A stretch of 64,000 nucleotides of DNA from an uncultured virus (IMG/VR IMGVR_UViG_3300034198_015519) (taxonomy: Duplodnaviria; Heunggongvirae; Uroviricota; Caudoviricetes). The stretch's first letter is position 1. Each line of letters opens with the position of its first letter. The notes beneath the pieces are model-generated. The model ran no database searches, was not told where the DNA came from, and was given only the letters and a program-made list of their open reading frames with translations. Of this stretch, positions 49,417 through 60,204 are shown one piece after another. The stretch spans positions 1-64,000 of IMG/VR virus record IMGVR_UViG_3300034198_015519. The stretch is one strand, 5' to 3'. Position numbers and translations under genes: made by a program.

Positions 49417-51144
49417 TTATTTAAATTCTATTTTATCCCAAATTTCTTTATTTTCTATTTCGTATAAAAACTCATTCGTTTTATCGTCATATACTTTTAT
49501 TTTTTTAATCTCATCTTCAAAAATATTATACATCCATGCTCCGTCATAATCAAGTCTGTGGTGTATTGTAATTTCATTATTTTCAAAACAAACAACAATC
49601 TTCCTTAATGATTGAAAATCATTATAATTGAAACTTAATACTGAAAGATTCGTTGACCCCTCTACCCTATAAATTTTAGTCGAACATCCATTAAATTTTG
49701 TTGGTAAATTAGATTGAGTTGAAATGCTATTCCATAATGTGTTAGGAAAATCTGAATCCATGTCATCCTCACCGTTCCTTACAAGTATGTCTGATAACCC
49801 TGTTTTAAGTAAGTTGTTATAAACATACTTTTCAACATTTATAAAATCATTTCCGTATCCGTTTTTTCTAACATAATCCCTATATGATTTTTCATCAGTA
49901 ACCCTATTCACATTATTTAAAAAGAAGTCAATTTCAGAGAAGAAATAATGAAATGATATATCTCTTCCCTCATTAATATAAAATAATGATTTTTTATTTT
50001 GTTCTACACATTTATTAGGTACTGTCATCATATAATCGTAACCATCATCTGTGAACATGTCATCAACCTCAATTCTTTGGAAGTGTGTAAAACCTAAGGA
50101 TTTTGCAATATCCAAACTATTAAAAAGGTTACACATTACTGACAACCCGTGTCTTTGTATGTCTTTAGTGATTTCGTGGATGACTATCATATCATATGCC
50201 TTCCACAAATCAACTAACCCGACGTTTTCATATTCCTCCTCGAATAGTTTATTTTCTGTGTTGTAAAACAAAAAATCAACACTTTCAATTATATCCTGTG
50301 GTGGGGTAGTATTGGTAACTAATAGTATTTTATTACCGTATTTTTTTAAATTATGTAACGAAAGACGTAGTTTATTTAAAACTTCGTTTGTGTGTATAAA
50401 ACAATCTATGATTGTGATTGGTTTCATATTTTCTAACATGTAATCATCATTAATCACTTTACGAACTAAGTTAGCTCCCGATTGTTTTTCTTCTTCACTT
50501 AATGTTGAGTATATACCTGTACTTGATATCCTATACAAACCACCAAAAAAATCTTCATAGAATATTGATCCGTACTTACTTAACTCATAACTTGTTGGCC
50601 AATCAACATACGGTAAATCGGAATACTTTTCTTTAAAAATATTGGGTAGTTTTCTAAACATTCTACCAAACCCAACATAATTAGATTCTAATAAATCATA
50701 AATTGTTATAATATCTTTAACAGAACATATTAATCTCGAATCGTTTGGAAAAATAGTACCATCTTGTTTCAAGTATCGAGTACCTGTAAAGTGCATAACA
50801 TATTCCGGGTGGGTATCTAAAAATTCCACCTGTCTTTGTAGTTTGTCCGTGTCACCAAACATATCGTCACCGTCAAGATATGCAACATACTCCGAGTTTG
50901 CACTTTCATAAAGTAATTTTATATTATGAAATGCTCCTAAATTTACCGACCCATCAAGTATGATGATACTCGGGTATTTTTCTTTTAAAAGTTCTAATTT
51001 TTCATTTGTGTTATCATTAGATTTATCATCTCTAACAATAACTTCAAAATCAAAATTTGTTTTTTGATTATATATCGAGTCAACACAATCGGTTATAAAT
51101 TCACCAAAATTATAACTTGGAACCAATACTGATAATTTTTTCAT
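49417..51144 (-). CDS. GT2 glycosyltransferase plus an uncharacterised C-terminal domain
   Basis: SVLVPSYN...VRDDKSND...YLDGDD...KLQRQVEFL. Confidence 0.85.
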   Translation of the reverse strand: MKKLSVLVPSYNFGEFITDCVDSIYNQKTNFDFEVIVRDDKSNDNTNEKLELLKEKYPSIIILDGSVNLGAFHNIKLLYESANSEYVAYLDGDDMFGDTDKLQRQVEFLDTHPEYVMHFTGTRYLKQDGTIFPNDSRLICSVKDIITIYDLLESNYVGFGRMFRKLPNIFKEKYSDLPYVDWPTSYELSKYGSIFYEDFFGGLYRISSTGIYSTLSEEEKQSGANLVRKVINDDYMLENMKPITIIDCFIHTNEVLNKLRLSLHNLKKYGNKILLVTNTTPPQDIIESVDFLFYNTENKLFEEEYENVGLVDLWKAYDMIVIHEITKDIQRHGLSVMCNLFNSLDIAKSLGFTHFQRIEVDDMFTDDGYDYMMTVPNKCVEQNKKSLFYINEGRDISFHYFFSEIDFFLNNVNRVTDEKSYRDYVRKNGYGNDFINVEKYVYNNLLKTGLSDILVRNGEDDMDSDFPNTLWNSISTQSNLPTKFNGCSTKIYRVEGSTNLSVLSFNYNDFQSLRKIVVCFENNEITIHHRLDYDGAWMYNIFEDEIKKIKVYDDKTNEFLYEIENKEIWDKIEFK

Positions 51145-51725
51145 TATTTAATTTTTTTAACTGGTACCCCAACATAAGTACCCATTTCTGTTATGTCTTT
51201 AACGACACCGCTATTTAATCCGATAATAACATCATCGGTTATGGTGATTTTTTCCTTTATTGATGAGTTGGTACCCAAATATACCTTATTCCCTATTTTT
51301 ACATTACCTGAAATTATTGCTCCTGGCATCATACTAAAATAATCACCAATAAACGAGTCATGACCTATCTGATTAAATCGATTAAGTATTGAGTGATTAC
51401 CCATCTTTATATCAATTGTTAATATTGAGTAAGCCCCGATAAATGAACCATCCCCTATTATCACATTTTCACCAATTAATGAATTTGGGTGTATAAAAGT
51501 AAAAAATTTAGTGTCAATTGGTAATCTATCAACGATTCTTTTTCTAACGTTTGTATCCGCAATAGCAACCATTACTTCATATTCATTATGATTGAATTCT
51601 GATAATGGAAAGACATTATTTTGTGGAAAATAAAACTCATCCTCAACAAAACAAGGTATTTTTTCACCCATTTGGGACATCACCTCTCTTGCGTGTCCAC
51701 CATAACCTATTATCGCCCTTTTCAT
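51144..51725 (-). CDS. PglD/NeuD-family sugar acetyltransferase
   Basis: IIGYGGHA, FIHP, IGHD, hexapeptide repeats and GVPVK. Confidence 0.9.
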   Translation of the reverse strand: MKRAIIGYGGHAREVMSQMGEKIPCFVEDEFYFPQNNVFPLSEFNHNEYEVMVAIADTNVRKRIVDRLPIDTKFFTFIHPNSLIGENVIIGDGSFIGAYSILTIDIKMGNHSILNRFNQIGHDSFIGDYFSMMPGAIISGNVKIGNKVYLGTNSSIKEKITITDDVIIGLNSGVVKDITEMGTYVGVPVKKIK

Positions 51726-53023
51726 ATATTTATTTTATATTTTTTTGGGTCAAAATAATGTTCATACCACGACGAAACATTCTCGTTATAGTAACTTTTC
51801 CAATAATGCGGTTTAGTACCTACCCATAGTTCTGAATTAATTCTTTCACCATTACTATTGTGATGTAATTTTGTGATTTGTTCTAAGGTGTTAATATGAT
51901 TAGAAGATGACCACCAAAAATTACCAGAAAAATAATTTTGTAAATGATAATCAAGAAATTTAAATGACTCAACGTATAGTGACCCGCACACGTCACACTC
52001 TTTATTTAATATGTCTTTTAACGGCCGTAACCACTCCTCTATACAAAAATATTCTAAACACTCTCTCCAAGAATCTATATAATAATTTTTTTCTCTAGAC
52101 GACCCTTTAGTATGGTAATATAAAACAGTAGAATTCGGGTTAATTTTACAATAATTTTGTAAAAGGGTTAACGTCCCATATTCTGACAAATTATTATCAA
52201 AAACCACGACCTCAATTTTTAAATCCTCATCGAATCCTAAAATAATATCTTTAAAAATTTTAATATTATTTTTTTGGGTGGAATAAACCCCTAAATAAAT
52301 TTTGTCAGATCTTTTATAAAGGCCACTATTTTTTAATTTAAAAAGTTGGTTGTTAAGTATATTATACCAATCGTTGTCTAGGTAGTTGTGTGAGAAAATA
52401 GAAACCTTATTATTTTTTATTAACCCGATACCCCCCCAAATGTCGTACGGTTGATTTTCTAATATTTTATGAAATAAATTATCTTTTCTATAAATTGGGT
52501 TTTTTTCTGTTGCGACGAATTCATACACTTCGTTGTAAGTTTCTTTTAATTCTTTAAAGAACTTATGTACAAAAATATTATGTTTTTCTGTTTCTTCACT
52601 TGGTATGATGTCATGAAAACCTAAAAACCCATCGTGGGATAAAAATTGTTTATACTTATCATAATCGTTTTTAACACCGTCATATGAGTGGTCGCCATCA
52701 ATGAATATAAAATCAAACACAATACCTAAATTTTTAATAATTTTAACAGTATCATTTAATGTTGAGTCTGAAATTATATAGTTGTAGTTTGGGAACTCCT
52801 CCTTTATCTTATCAAAATTTTCATGATGTTTGATATCTAAAGATATTACATAATCATATATATGACATAATGCGTATGAAGTCCCACCATAATTTGACCC
52901 AATCTCTAGTGCATATTTTTTATTCTTTTGGTTACCTAAAACCTCTAAAAATTGTTTAAACTCCTCGGGTTTTTGTTCAATATTATATCTTAAACATTTT
53001 TCCCATAAATTATTAAAATCCAT
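51722..53023 (-). CDS. Class I SAM methyltransferase plus a second uncharacterised domain
   Basis: LEIGS..GG, FDFIFIDGDHSYDGV..D, GFHDI; C-terminal domain YYHTKG...SGNFWW. Confidence 0.8.
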   Translation of the reverse strand: MDFNNLWEKCLRYNIEQKPEEFKQFLEVLGNQKNKKYALEIGSNYGGTSYALCHIYDYVISLDIKHHENFDKIKEEFPNYNYIISDSTLNDTVKIIKNLGIVFDFIFIDGDHSYDGVKNDYDKYKQFLSHDGFLGFHDIIPSEETEKHNIFVHKFFKELKETYNEVYEFVATEKNPIYRKDNLFHKILENQPYDIWGGIGLIKNNKVSIFSHNYLDNDWYNILNNQLFKLKNSGLYKRSDKIYLGVYSTQKNNIKIFKDIILGFDEDLKIEVVVFDNNLSEYGTLTLLQNYCKINPNSTVLYYHTKGSSREKNYYIDSWRECLEYFCIEEWLRPLKDILNKECDVCGSLYVESFKFLDYHLQNYFSGNFWWSSSNHINTLEQITKLHHNSNGERINSELWVGTKPHYWKSYYNENVSSWYEHYFDPKKYKINI

Positions 53024-53817
53024 TAATTACTATTATTTAAATTGTATGAACTTTTAGTTGAGTCCCACGCTAAATTTATTATATGAAAGTTTTTATGACA
53101 AAGACTTTTATATTTTTTTGACCATCTTATTGCAAACTCCAACTCGGTTCTCATTTCATTTGTATCGTAGTCTGTCGAAAATTCACCGATACTTAAAAAT
53201 CTTTCTGTGTGGTTAATACCGGGTCTAAGTGAGAAACTAGGCCAATTTGTATACATCATCCAAATATTTGGAATCATTGTTTGGGTGGCAGAAACCTCAT
53301 CTAAAAATAGATGTTCGTTTATAGGTTTTTCGGTATCGTAATACCATTCCCAGAAGTCACCAATAATTTTAGGTTGGATTTCAGGTGGAAAATTTTTATA
53401 AGATTGTGAAAACCCCACATACCCATATTCTTCATTGTTTTCTAATATGTCTATAGCTTCTTTTATGTAAAAATGATTAACAAAGAGATAATCATCCTCC
53501 AACATAAAAAAGTAATCAGTTTCAGTCTCAATTAATTTTTTTCTCATTTCATTTAAAATTCTTGAATGTCTGTATCCATCCTCAAAAGAATTTTTATAAA
53601 AATGAGTTACTATTATATTTTTATTTGGAAACTTGTCTCGTAATAGTCGTTCCATATTAATTTTATCAATATTTGACGATGAATCATCAAAAAATATAAT
53701 ATTATCGATAATATCTAAATCATTACAAAATGTGACAAAACCACGAATAGTCATTTGTAGTAACTCAAATCTTTTAGATGATGTTATGGCTAATGAAATT
53801 TTTTTGTTATTATACAT
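53023..53817 (-). CDS. GT-A fold (GT2-like) glycosyltransferase
   Basis: ITSSKR, FFDDSS and FMLEDDY; probable start MYNNKK at 53817. Confidence 0.7.
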   Translation of the reverse strand: MYNNKKISLAITSSKRFELLQMTIRGFVTFCNDLDIIDNIIFFDDSSSNIDKINMERLLRDKFPNKNIIVTHFYKNSFEDGYRHSRILNEMRKKLIETETDYFFMLEDDYLFVNHFYIKEAIDILENNEEYGYVGFSQSYKNFPPEIQPKIIGDFWEWYYDTEKPINEHLFLDEVSATQTMIPNIWMMYTNWPSFSLRPGINHTERFLSIGEFSTDYDTNEMRTELEFAIRWSKKYKSLCHKNFHIINLAWDSTKSSYNLNNSN

Positions 53818-53818
53818 A

Positions 53819-56419
53819 TTATTTTTTGTATACGTCAAATTTGGATAGGTCAGGATAAGGTAATTCCAAATCCTCATTATGTTTAGGGGATCCGTCAACT
53901 TTATAGAATTGGTTCATAAGTAGAAGTCCACGAGACGCCAATTCCGGTAACATATAAAAATTCCAACCCAACATATCTAATTCATCCTCATGGTAAGAAC
54001 ATTCGTTTCTACCTGAATATCTTGCTCGTTTAAACCATTTGTATGCTTCGTAATCATCCGTAAGAATAGCACCACCCTTACCAAGTTTTAAATGTTTATA
54101 AGGTCCGGTAAATGATAAACACATATGTGAATTATGAATGTACATATCTGAAGTAAATCTTAACGCACTATCCCAAACTTTGGTTGGTTGTAGTTGGTAT
54201 GCTCCTTTTAACGTTGTACCTCCAAAATCTTCAAACTCTACTTTGCCTCCTGCGTGTATAATTTCACAAGGTACTGAAGGATATGTTCTAGATGGGATTC
54301 TAATTGTTTTCCCTTTAATCTTCTCATACATTAATGCCAAAAACAATGCGTTACTTTGGTTATCCACGGTGACTGCGTAAGGTGCACCGGTATAATCACA
54401 AAGCGCTTGTTCAAAATCTTTAGTTACTTGATAAACCGACCCATTAATTGACCCTGGTTTTTTATCTCTTTTACTTTTTGGTTTTGCAAAAATAACTCCG
54501 TGTTCGATACCCTTGTGTGAACGGATTTGCCTACCCATCTCGAATAAAATAATTTCATATTCATAATCATTTCTTTCAAGTTTTTCTAATATTGGGTCAA
54601 TTTCATGATTAACATTACCATGAAACTCAATCATGAATCTATCAACAAGTTGGATTTGTTCATCGGTAACGGACTCAAAGAAAGGATACTCACCACCCTC
54701 AATATCACATTTTAATAATGAGATTCGTTCATAATTATTATCTTTTAAAATCTCATCTAATGTGATTGTTTCACAATCAATTACATTTGTTAATTGACTA
54801 TAACTATCGTGGTCAGTACCAAAATAATTAGACCCGATAGTAGTGTTTTCCATTGAGAATCTAAATGGAATAGTTGTCTTTTCGCCATAAATAGGATTCA
54901 TGTATATTACCGATTTTTCATTATCTGTGTCTAATAATGTTTCTATACTTTCTCTTAAATAAGGGTTAGCTTCAACCAAAATAACTTTTTTGGTATTTAT
55001 TGAGTACATGTATTTTGCGAACAATCCTACGTTAGCACCAATATCAATAACAGTGTCCAAATTTTCCAACCCTAAACCACTAAAACATTTATCGATAAAG
55101 AATTCGTGATAATTTACATAGTTACAATCGAACGGTTTAAAATTAAATCTTGGTATATTAGGGTATACGTTATTAACAACTACTTCCTTTTTACCCAAAT
55201 ACGTGTTATCACCATTACTATAAAACTCAACTGAAAAACCTCTAAAGTTTTTCATACCTTCAAATTTCATAACGCTAGTCGGTATCGGAATAACGAAATA
55301 AGTTAAAGGTTCTGTAAAATTTAAGTTGAACCAATACATCGGTGCGTTTGATGTCATACATTTTACAACAACATTAATATCATTAGACCCTGTGTGGTTA
55401 TAATGAATATTAATTTTATTTTCATTCGATTCGTACGATAAACTAAACAATGATAAAATATCATTTTTACCTAACATACCTAATAATGTGTTTGTGTCTT
55501 GGGTGATGTCTCCACTCATAAATTTAATTTTTTGGTTATTATTGTACTTACCACAATAAACATCCAAATTGAACATCATCATCGGTAATTCATATTTGAT
55601 AGCTTCCTTTATTGCTATCGGGTTTAATTCTTTATTATTTCTGTCTCCTTTTGACGGGAATAAAAATAAGTCAGATGCCTGTAAAAAAGTGTCCACGTCA
55701 TTTCGTTCACCCCATACAATACAGTTACCTGGTTTATTACCCATTAATGGTAACCAGTAATGTGCGAAATTATCGGCTTGATTCCCAATGAAATGAAATA
55801 ATATATTTTGACCAATTACTCTTCTTGCCATTTCAAATGCATATGCTTGGTTTTTTCTTTCGGTGAATAAACCAACAATGACTACATGTTTAAAATTGGG
55901 GTCAAGCATTAATTGTTCTTGTGCCCATTCTTTATTTGGTGTCACCGCATCTATTGGGTATTCGATAATATCATAAGGAACGTCAAACATAGAGTATCTA
56001 AACGCATTGAATGGGCTGACAAAAATAAACTTATCAGGGAACCATCTTTTGTTTGTTACGGGAATGCTTGAATCGTGAGTCGTTTCAAATAATTTATATG
56101 ACCTATCTTTTGAAAATAGTTTTTTATTAATTTCTTCAGGTATGAAGTGTTCACAAAACTCCTCCAAACAAATTAAGTCAGGATTAAAATCTGAAATAAT
56201 ATCAAAAAGTTTTGTTTTATCTTCACCTAAAGTTATAAGGTTCTCAGGACCAATATGTTCTTTAACTCTGTTTTTTTGAATAACAAATGCATCGCCTGTC
56301 CAATCCCATTCTACACATTTAATAATGTAATCATTTTTTAATAACTCAATTTTATTAACCAAAACTTGAGGTAACCCCCCTGTTGATAAGTGAGGGGCAA
56401 TAAAAAGCAGTTTTTCCAT
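53819..56419 (-). CDS. Triple fusion: GT4-like, FkbM methyltransferase and DegT/DnrJ aminotransferase
   Basis: HLSTGGLPQ...RKNQ...DLFLFPS; IDIGANVG...KCDIEGGEY; FEQAL..Y.GAPYAV...WDSA...SF...KHL..G.GGAILTDD. Confidence 0.85.
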   Translation of the reverse strand: MEKLLFIAPHLSTGGLPQVLVNKIELLKNDYIIKCVEWDWTGDAFVIQKNRVKEHIGPENLITLGEDKTKLFDIISDFNPDLICLEEFCEHFIPEEINKKLFSKDRSYKLFETTHDSSIPVTNKRWFPDKFIFVSPFNAFRYSMFDVPYDIIEYPIDAVTPNKEWAQEQLMLDPNFKHVVIVGLFTERKNQAYAFEMARRVIGQNILFHFIGNQADNFAHYWLPLMGNKPGNCIVWGERNDVDTFLQASDLFLFPSKGDRNNKELNPIAIKEAIKYELPMMMFNLDVYCGKYNNNQKIKFMSGDITQDTNTLLGMLGKNDILSLFSLSYESNENKINIHYNHTGSNDINVVVKCMTSNAPMYWFNLNFTEPLTYFVIPIPTSVMKFEGMKNFRGFSVEFYSNGDNTYLGKKEVVVNNVYPNIPRFNFKPFDCNYVNYHEFFIDKCFSGLGLENLDTVIDIGANVGLFAKYMYSINTKKVILVEANPYLRESIETLLDTDNEKSVIYMNPIYGEKTTIPFRFSMENTTIGSNYFGTDHDSYSQLTNVIDCETITLDEILKDNNYERISLLKCDIEGGEYPFFESVTDEQIQLVDRFMIEFHGNVNHEIDPILEKLERNDYEYEIILFEMGRQIRSHKGIEHGVIFAKPKSKRDKKPGSINGSVYQVTKDFEQALCDYTGAPYAVTVDNQSNALFLALMYEKIKGKTIRIPSRTYPSVPCEIIHAGGKVEFEDFGGTTLKGAYQLQPTKVWDSALRFTSDMYIHNSHMCLSFTGPYKHLKLGKGGAILTDDYEAYKWFKRARYSGRNECSYHEDELDMLGWNFYMLPELASRGLLLMNQFYKVDGSPKHNEDLELPYPDLSKFDVYKK

Positions 56420-56475
56420 AGTAAAAATATAGGTATTTGTTATTTAAAAACAAAGTATTTATCTAATAAAGATTA

Positions 56476-58248
56476 ATGGCGAATACGTTTAAATATAACG
56501 CAAGTACAGAAACATTGGCATTAAAAAAAGGTAACTTTTGGATCGGGACAAATGACGTTGGTAAAGGTCCTACGAGCACTACCGGTTTTTGGCATGGACT
56601 TTCACCCGTAAGAGGTGGTTACGCAGTGTATCTTAATAAATCAACTAATGGACCTGCCATTTACGCAGCTAATTCTGATTCTGAACTTATAATTCTTACT
56701 AATAGAATTGCATCTCAAAATTATACGACGGTTGCCGAATGTCTAAGTTGGTTCATGACACAAACTGATAAAATGGTTTTAAATATTGATTATGATGCTA
56801 TTAAAACATCGGGGTTAGATTTATTAATGGATGCGGGATTTACACCGTCATACCCAACGACTAACACTACTTGGTATGATATCGCTAGAACCAATAATGG
56901 AACTTTAACGAATAGCCCTACATTTAGTACAACAAACGGTGGTAGTATTGCATTTGATGGTGTCGATGATTATATTAATGATATTGGTACGACTAGTGAT
57001 TATAACTATATTTTTTCAGCTGGAACGTTTTCAGTTTCGTTTTGGATTAAAAAATTTGCAAATAATACCAGATATGTAGTTGCGGGTAATACTTTAACTA
57101 ACGCCGAAAAAGGGTTTTTTATTATTGCTGAGTATGGTATTTCGGGATATGGGGATAATTGTATAAGATTCCAAGTTACGGGCTCTATTTTAAATTATCG
57201 TCTAATTGCCGGGTCAACAAACGATAATACGATTGGTACCGAATGGACACATTGTACATTTACTTGTCAAAATCCGGATAAAGTAGGTCAATGGTACATA
57301 AATGGTGTTGCTTCTACAACAACATTAAGAGGGGGTGGGAGCGGTAACGCAAATCAAGGAAATTATTATTCAGGGCCATCGTCAAGAACATTAAATATTG
57401 GTAGATCTAACTACTCATCAACTATAAACCCATTAAAAGGTAACATTGCACAATTTTCAATATACAATAGATCGTTATCTGCATCAGAAGTTTTGAGTAA
57501 TTTTAGGTATGGTGGTCAAAAAGCATTCACAAATTGTAAAACTTGTAAAGATATTATAGACACATTTCCACAACTCGCAGGATATGATGGTTTATATTGG
57601 GTTTATCCCGGAGGGTCAAACTCATCTCCATATCAAGTTTATTGTGATATGACCACAGATGGTGGTGGATGGATGTTAGTTGCCAGAAGTCACTCAAGTA
57701 CCGTAAATTATAATGGTGAGAATTGGGGATGGAAAGGTGGTTCCATAGGTAGTATAAATGATTTCTCACAAGCGTATCAATTAGGTTGGGGTGAAATATG
57801 GGACGGAAATACAACTTTTACATCTTATATTTACGGCAATCAAAGAACAAATTTTGATAATACTTGGGGTCCATTCATATATAAATATAACGTAACCTAC
57901 TCAACTTTTTTTGGGTCAGACACTCAACAATCTTACTCAACATCAACATTAAAAAGCAACACCGCAGTTTATGGTACAACAAGTTTTCCTGGAATGCAGG
58001 GAGCTATTGGATATACAACAACGGCGACTAATAATAATATTTATTATATGAGGGATTGTTGTGGGTTTGCCGGTTATGGAGGTACCCCAACGTCAATGTC
58101 TACCGTATATTGCGGTGCGAACTTTTATTATTCGGGACCTTGGTGTGGTGGTTCCACAAATACTGGAGGTGTTTATGATTTTGGAACATACGTTTCTAAC
58201 GGATTAACTTATGGTGGGACAAATCAATATATGATAATGGTAAAATGA
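56476..58248 (+). CDS. LamG (concanavalin-like) plus fibrinogen C-terminal-like domain protein
   Basis: FDGVDDY...IYNRSLSASEV; CKDI...DGLYW...VYCDMTTDGGGWMLV. Confidence 0.85.
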   Translation: MANTFKYNASTETLALKKGNFWIGTNDVGKGPTSTTGFWHGLSPVRGGYAVYLNKSTNGPAIYAANSDSELIILTNRIASQNYTTVAECLSWFMTQTDKMVLNIDYDAIKTSGLDLLMDAGFTPSYPTTNTTWYDIARTNNGTLTNSPTFSTTNGGSIAFDGVDDYINDIGTTSDYNYIFSAGTFSVSFWIKKFANNTRYVVAGNTLTNAEKGFFIIAEYGISGYGDNCIRFQVTGSILNYRLIAGSTNDNTIGTEWTHCTFTCQNPDKVGQWYINGVASTTTLRGGGSGNANQGNYYSGPSSRTLNIGRSNYSSTINPLKGNIAQFSIYNRSLSASEVLSNFRYGGQKAFTNCKTCKDIIDTFPQLAGYDGLYWVYPGGSNSSPYQVYCDMTTDGGGWMLVARSHSSTVNYNGENWGWKGGSIGSINDFSQAYQLGWGEIWDGNTTFTSYIYGNQRTNFDNTWGPFIYKYNVTYSTFFGSDTQQSYSTSTLKSNTAVYGTTSFPGMQGAIGYTTTATNNNIYYMRDCCGFAGYGGTPTSMSTVYCGANFYYSGPWCGGSTNTGGVYDFGTYVSNGLTYGGTNQYMIMVK

Positions 58249-58499
58249 GACAGGTAGAATTTAAAACAACAGATGACCAAATAATTCAATTCAACAGTAA
58301 CGTTAGCACTATACAATTGAATCAAGAACAACCATATGGTGTAATTTATAGAGGTCAATGTTCTTCAACATTGACAGAACAACAACTTAATTCTTGGTGG
58401 GATTATGTTGATGAATTATTGGTTGAAAGACCGACAAGTAACTTCCATTCAATATGGAAAATAATTGATAATAATGAGACATACGGATACGATAATTAA
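58245..58499 (+). CDS. Hypothetical protein
   Basis: ATGA overlap with the previous gene. Confidence 0.65.
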   Translation: MRQVEFKTTDDQIIQFNSNVSTIQLNQEQPYGVIYRGQCSSTLTEQQLNSWWDYVDELLVERPTSNFHSIWKIIDNNETYGYDN

Positions 58500-58502
58500 T
58501 AT

Positions 58503-60191
58503 ATGCCAAATACAATAAAATATTCAACAACAGGAGACACATTTTCATTAAAGAAAGGTAATTTCTTTATTGGTACTGGTGATGTCGGTAAAGGCCCATC
58601 AAATGTTACAAAAACATACAATGGGGTTAGTCCTGTCGTTAGTGGGTATACTGTATATCAATATAATGCAAGTCAAGAAAGTAATATAAGTTTTTATTCG
58701 GCAAATAACGATGCGGAATTGATAACATTTACAAATAATTTAGCGGGACAAACATTTACGGGAATAACCCAATGCTTGAATTGGTATGCAACGCAAACAA
58801 ATAATGTTTGTGTAAATAAGGATTATGAATCTATAGTCACAAATGGGTTGGTGTTAAATCTTGACGCAGGATTTACACCATCATATTCGAGATCGGGAAC
58901 AACCTTGTATGATTTATCCTATAGTGGAAATAATGGTACACTAACTAATGGACCGACTTATAACCCAACCAAAGGTGGATCAATCGTGTTTGATGGTGTT
59001 GATGATATAATTACAGTATCGGATAGTAATTCATTAGATATTGCAAACAACATATCGGTAGATTGTTGGTTTTATCCCACCAGTTATAGGACAGATACTT
59101 ACTCTATAAATTTTTTAAAGAAATATAACGGAACATTAGACGGTAATTTCCAATTATACTTTGCAGGAACATATAGCCCAAATATAATAAGAGTATTAGC
59201 AACTAGAGGAGGTGTATGGGGAATTGTTTCTCCTGATAGTGGGGTTATTCCATTAAATCAATGGTGTAACGTAGTATGGACATATTCTAACGGAGGGAGA
59301 CTTTATATTAATGGGGTTTCTCAGGGTAATCCTGTTGGTTCTGGTAATTTATCAACTAATACCTATAATTTACAAATAGGTGATGACCTTATTGGTAATA
59401 TTTCAACAACCAAAATCTACAATAGAGAAATATCCTCAACGGAAGTTTTACAAAACTACCAAGCACAATTCCCAAGATTCTTGGGTGAAAACATAGTGAC
59501 AAATGGATTGGTTAATTATTTGGATGCGGGATATGGTGTGTCATATCCCGGTACAGGTACAACTTGGAATAACATTAGTGGAGTGAGCGGAGGTACCGGA
59601 ACATTAACAAATGGTCCAACATATAGTACAGATGGCGGAGGGTCTATAGTTTTTGATGGAGTTGATGATTATGTCACAAACATAGGAACTACGTCAACAT
59701 TTTCGTTCATACAAAATACGGGTATTTTTACAATCAGTGCCTGGGTTAAACTTAGTGATTTAACAACCGCAAGATATTTTATGGGTAATAATGATGGAAC
59801 TGCCGGTTCTAAAGGATTCTATTTAGGTCATTCTGCCACTTCTGGAAGATTGTGGTTGTCAATAACGTATGGGACTTCAGGTCAATTTACTCTTAATCAA
59901 ACTAAAAATAATTTTTTCACTGATAATAATTGGGTGCTTGTTACTTGTGTTGGGAATGGGACGAATTGTCAATTTTATAAAAATGGAATTTCGTTTGATA
60001 CCCCTAATAATTTTGGTACCTTTTCAACAGGAGATAGTGCAAGAGTTTTAGGTGTTGGCAGAATTAACAACACATCGGTGAGTAACTATTGGAGTGGTAA
60101 TGTTGCGTTAACTCAGATTTATAATCGACCTCTAAGTAGTAATGAGGTTCTACAAAACTATAACGCTCAAAAATCAAGATTTGGATTATAA
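58503..60191 (+). CDS. Tandem LamG-domain protein
   Basis: Two IVTNGLV..LDAG...FDGVDD...IYNR..S..EVLQNY units; N-terminal domain shared with 56476. Confidence 0.85.
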   Translation: MPNTIKYSTTGDTFSLKKGNFFIGTGDVGKGPSNVTKTYNGVSPVVSGYTVYQYNASQESNISFYSANNDAELITFTNNLAGQTFTGITQCLNWYATQTNNVCVNKDYESIVTNGLVLNLDAGFTPSYSRSGTTLYDLSYSGNNGTLTNGPTYNPTKGGSIVFDGVDDIITVSDSNSLDIANNISVDCWFYPTSYRTDTYSINFLKKYNGTLDGNFQLYFAGTYSPNIIRVLATRGGVWGIVSPDSGVIPLNQWCNVVWTYSNGGRLYINGVSQGNPVGSGNLSTNTYNLQIGDDLIGNISTTKIYNREISSTEVLQNYQAQFPRFLGENIVTNGLVNYLDAGYGVSYPGTGTTWNNISGVSGGTGTLTNGPTYSTDGGGSIVFDGVDDYVTNIGTTSTFSFIQNTGIFTISAWVKLSDLTTARYFMGNNDGTAGSKGFYLGHSATSGRLWLSITYGTSGQFTLNQTKNNFFTDNNWVLVTCVGNGTNCQFYKNGISFDTPNNFGTFSTGDSARVLGVGRINNTSVSNYWSGNVALTQIYNRPLSSNEVLQNYNAQKSRFGL

Positions 60192-60204
60192 CTATTTATA
60201 AAAT

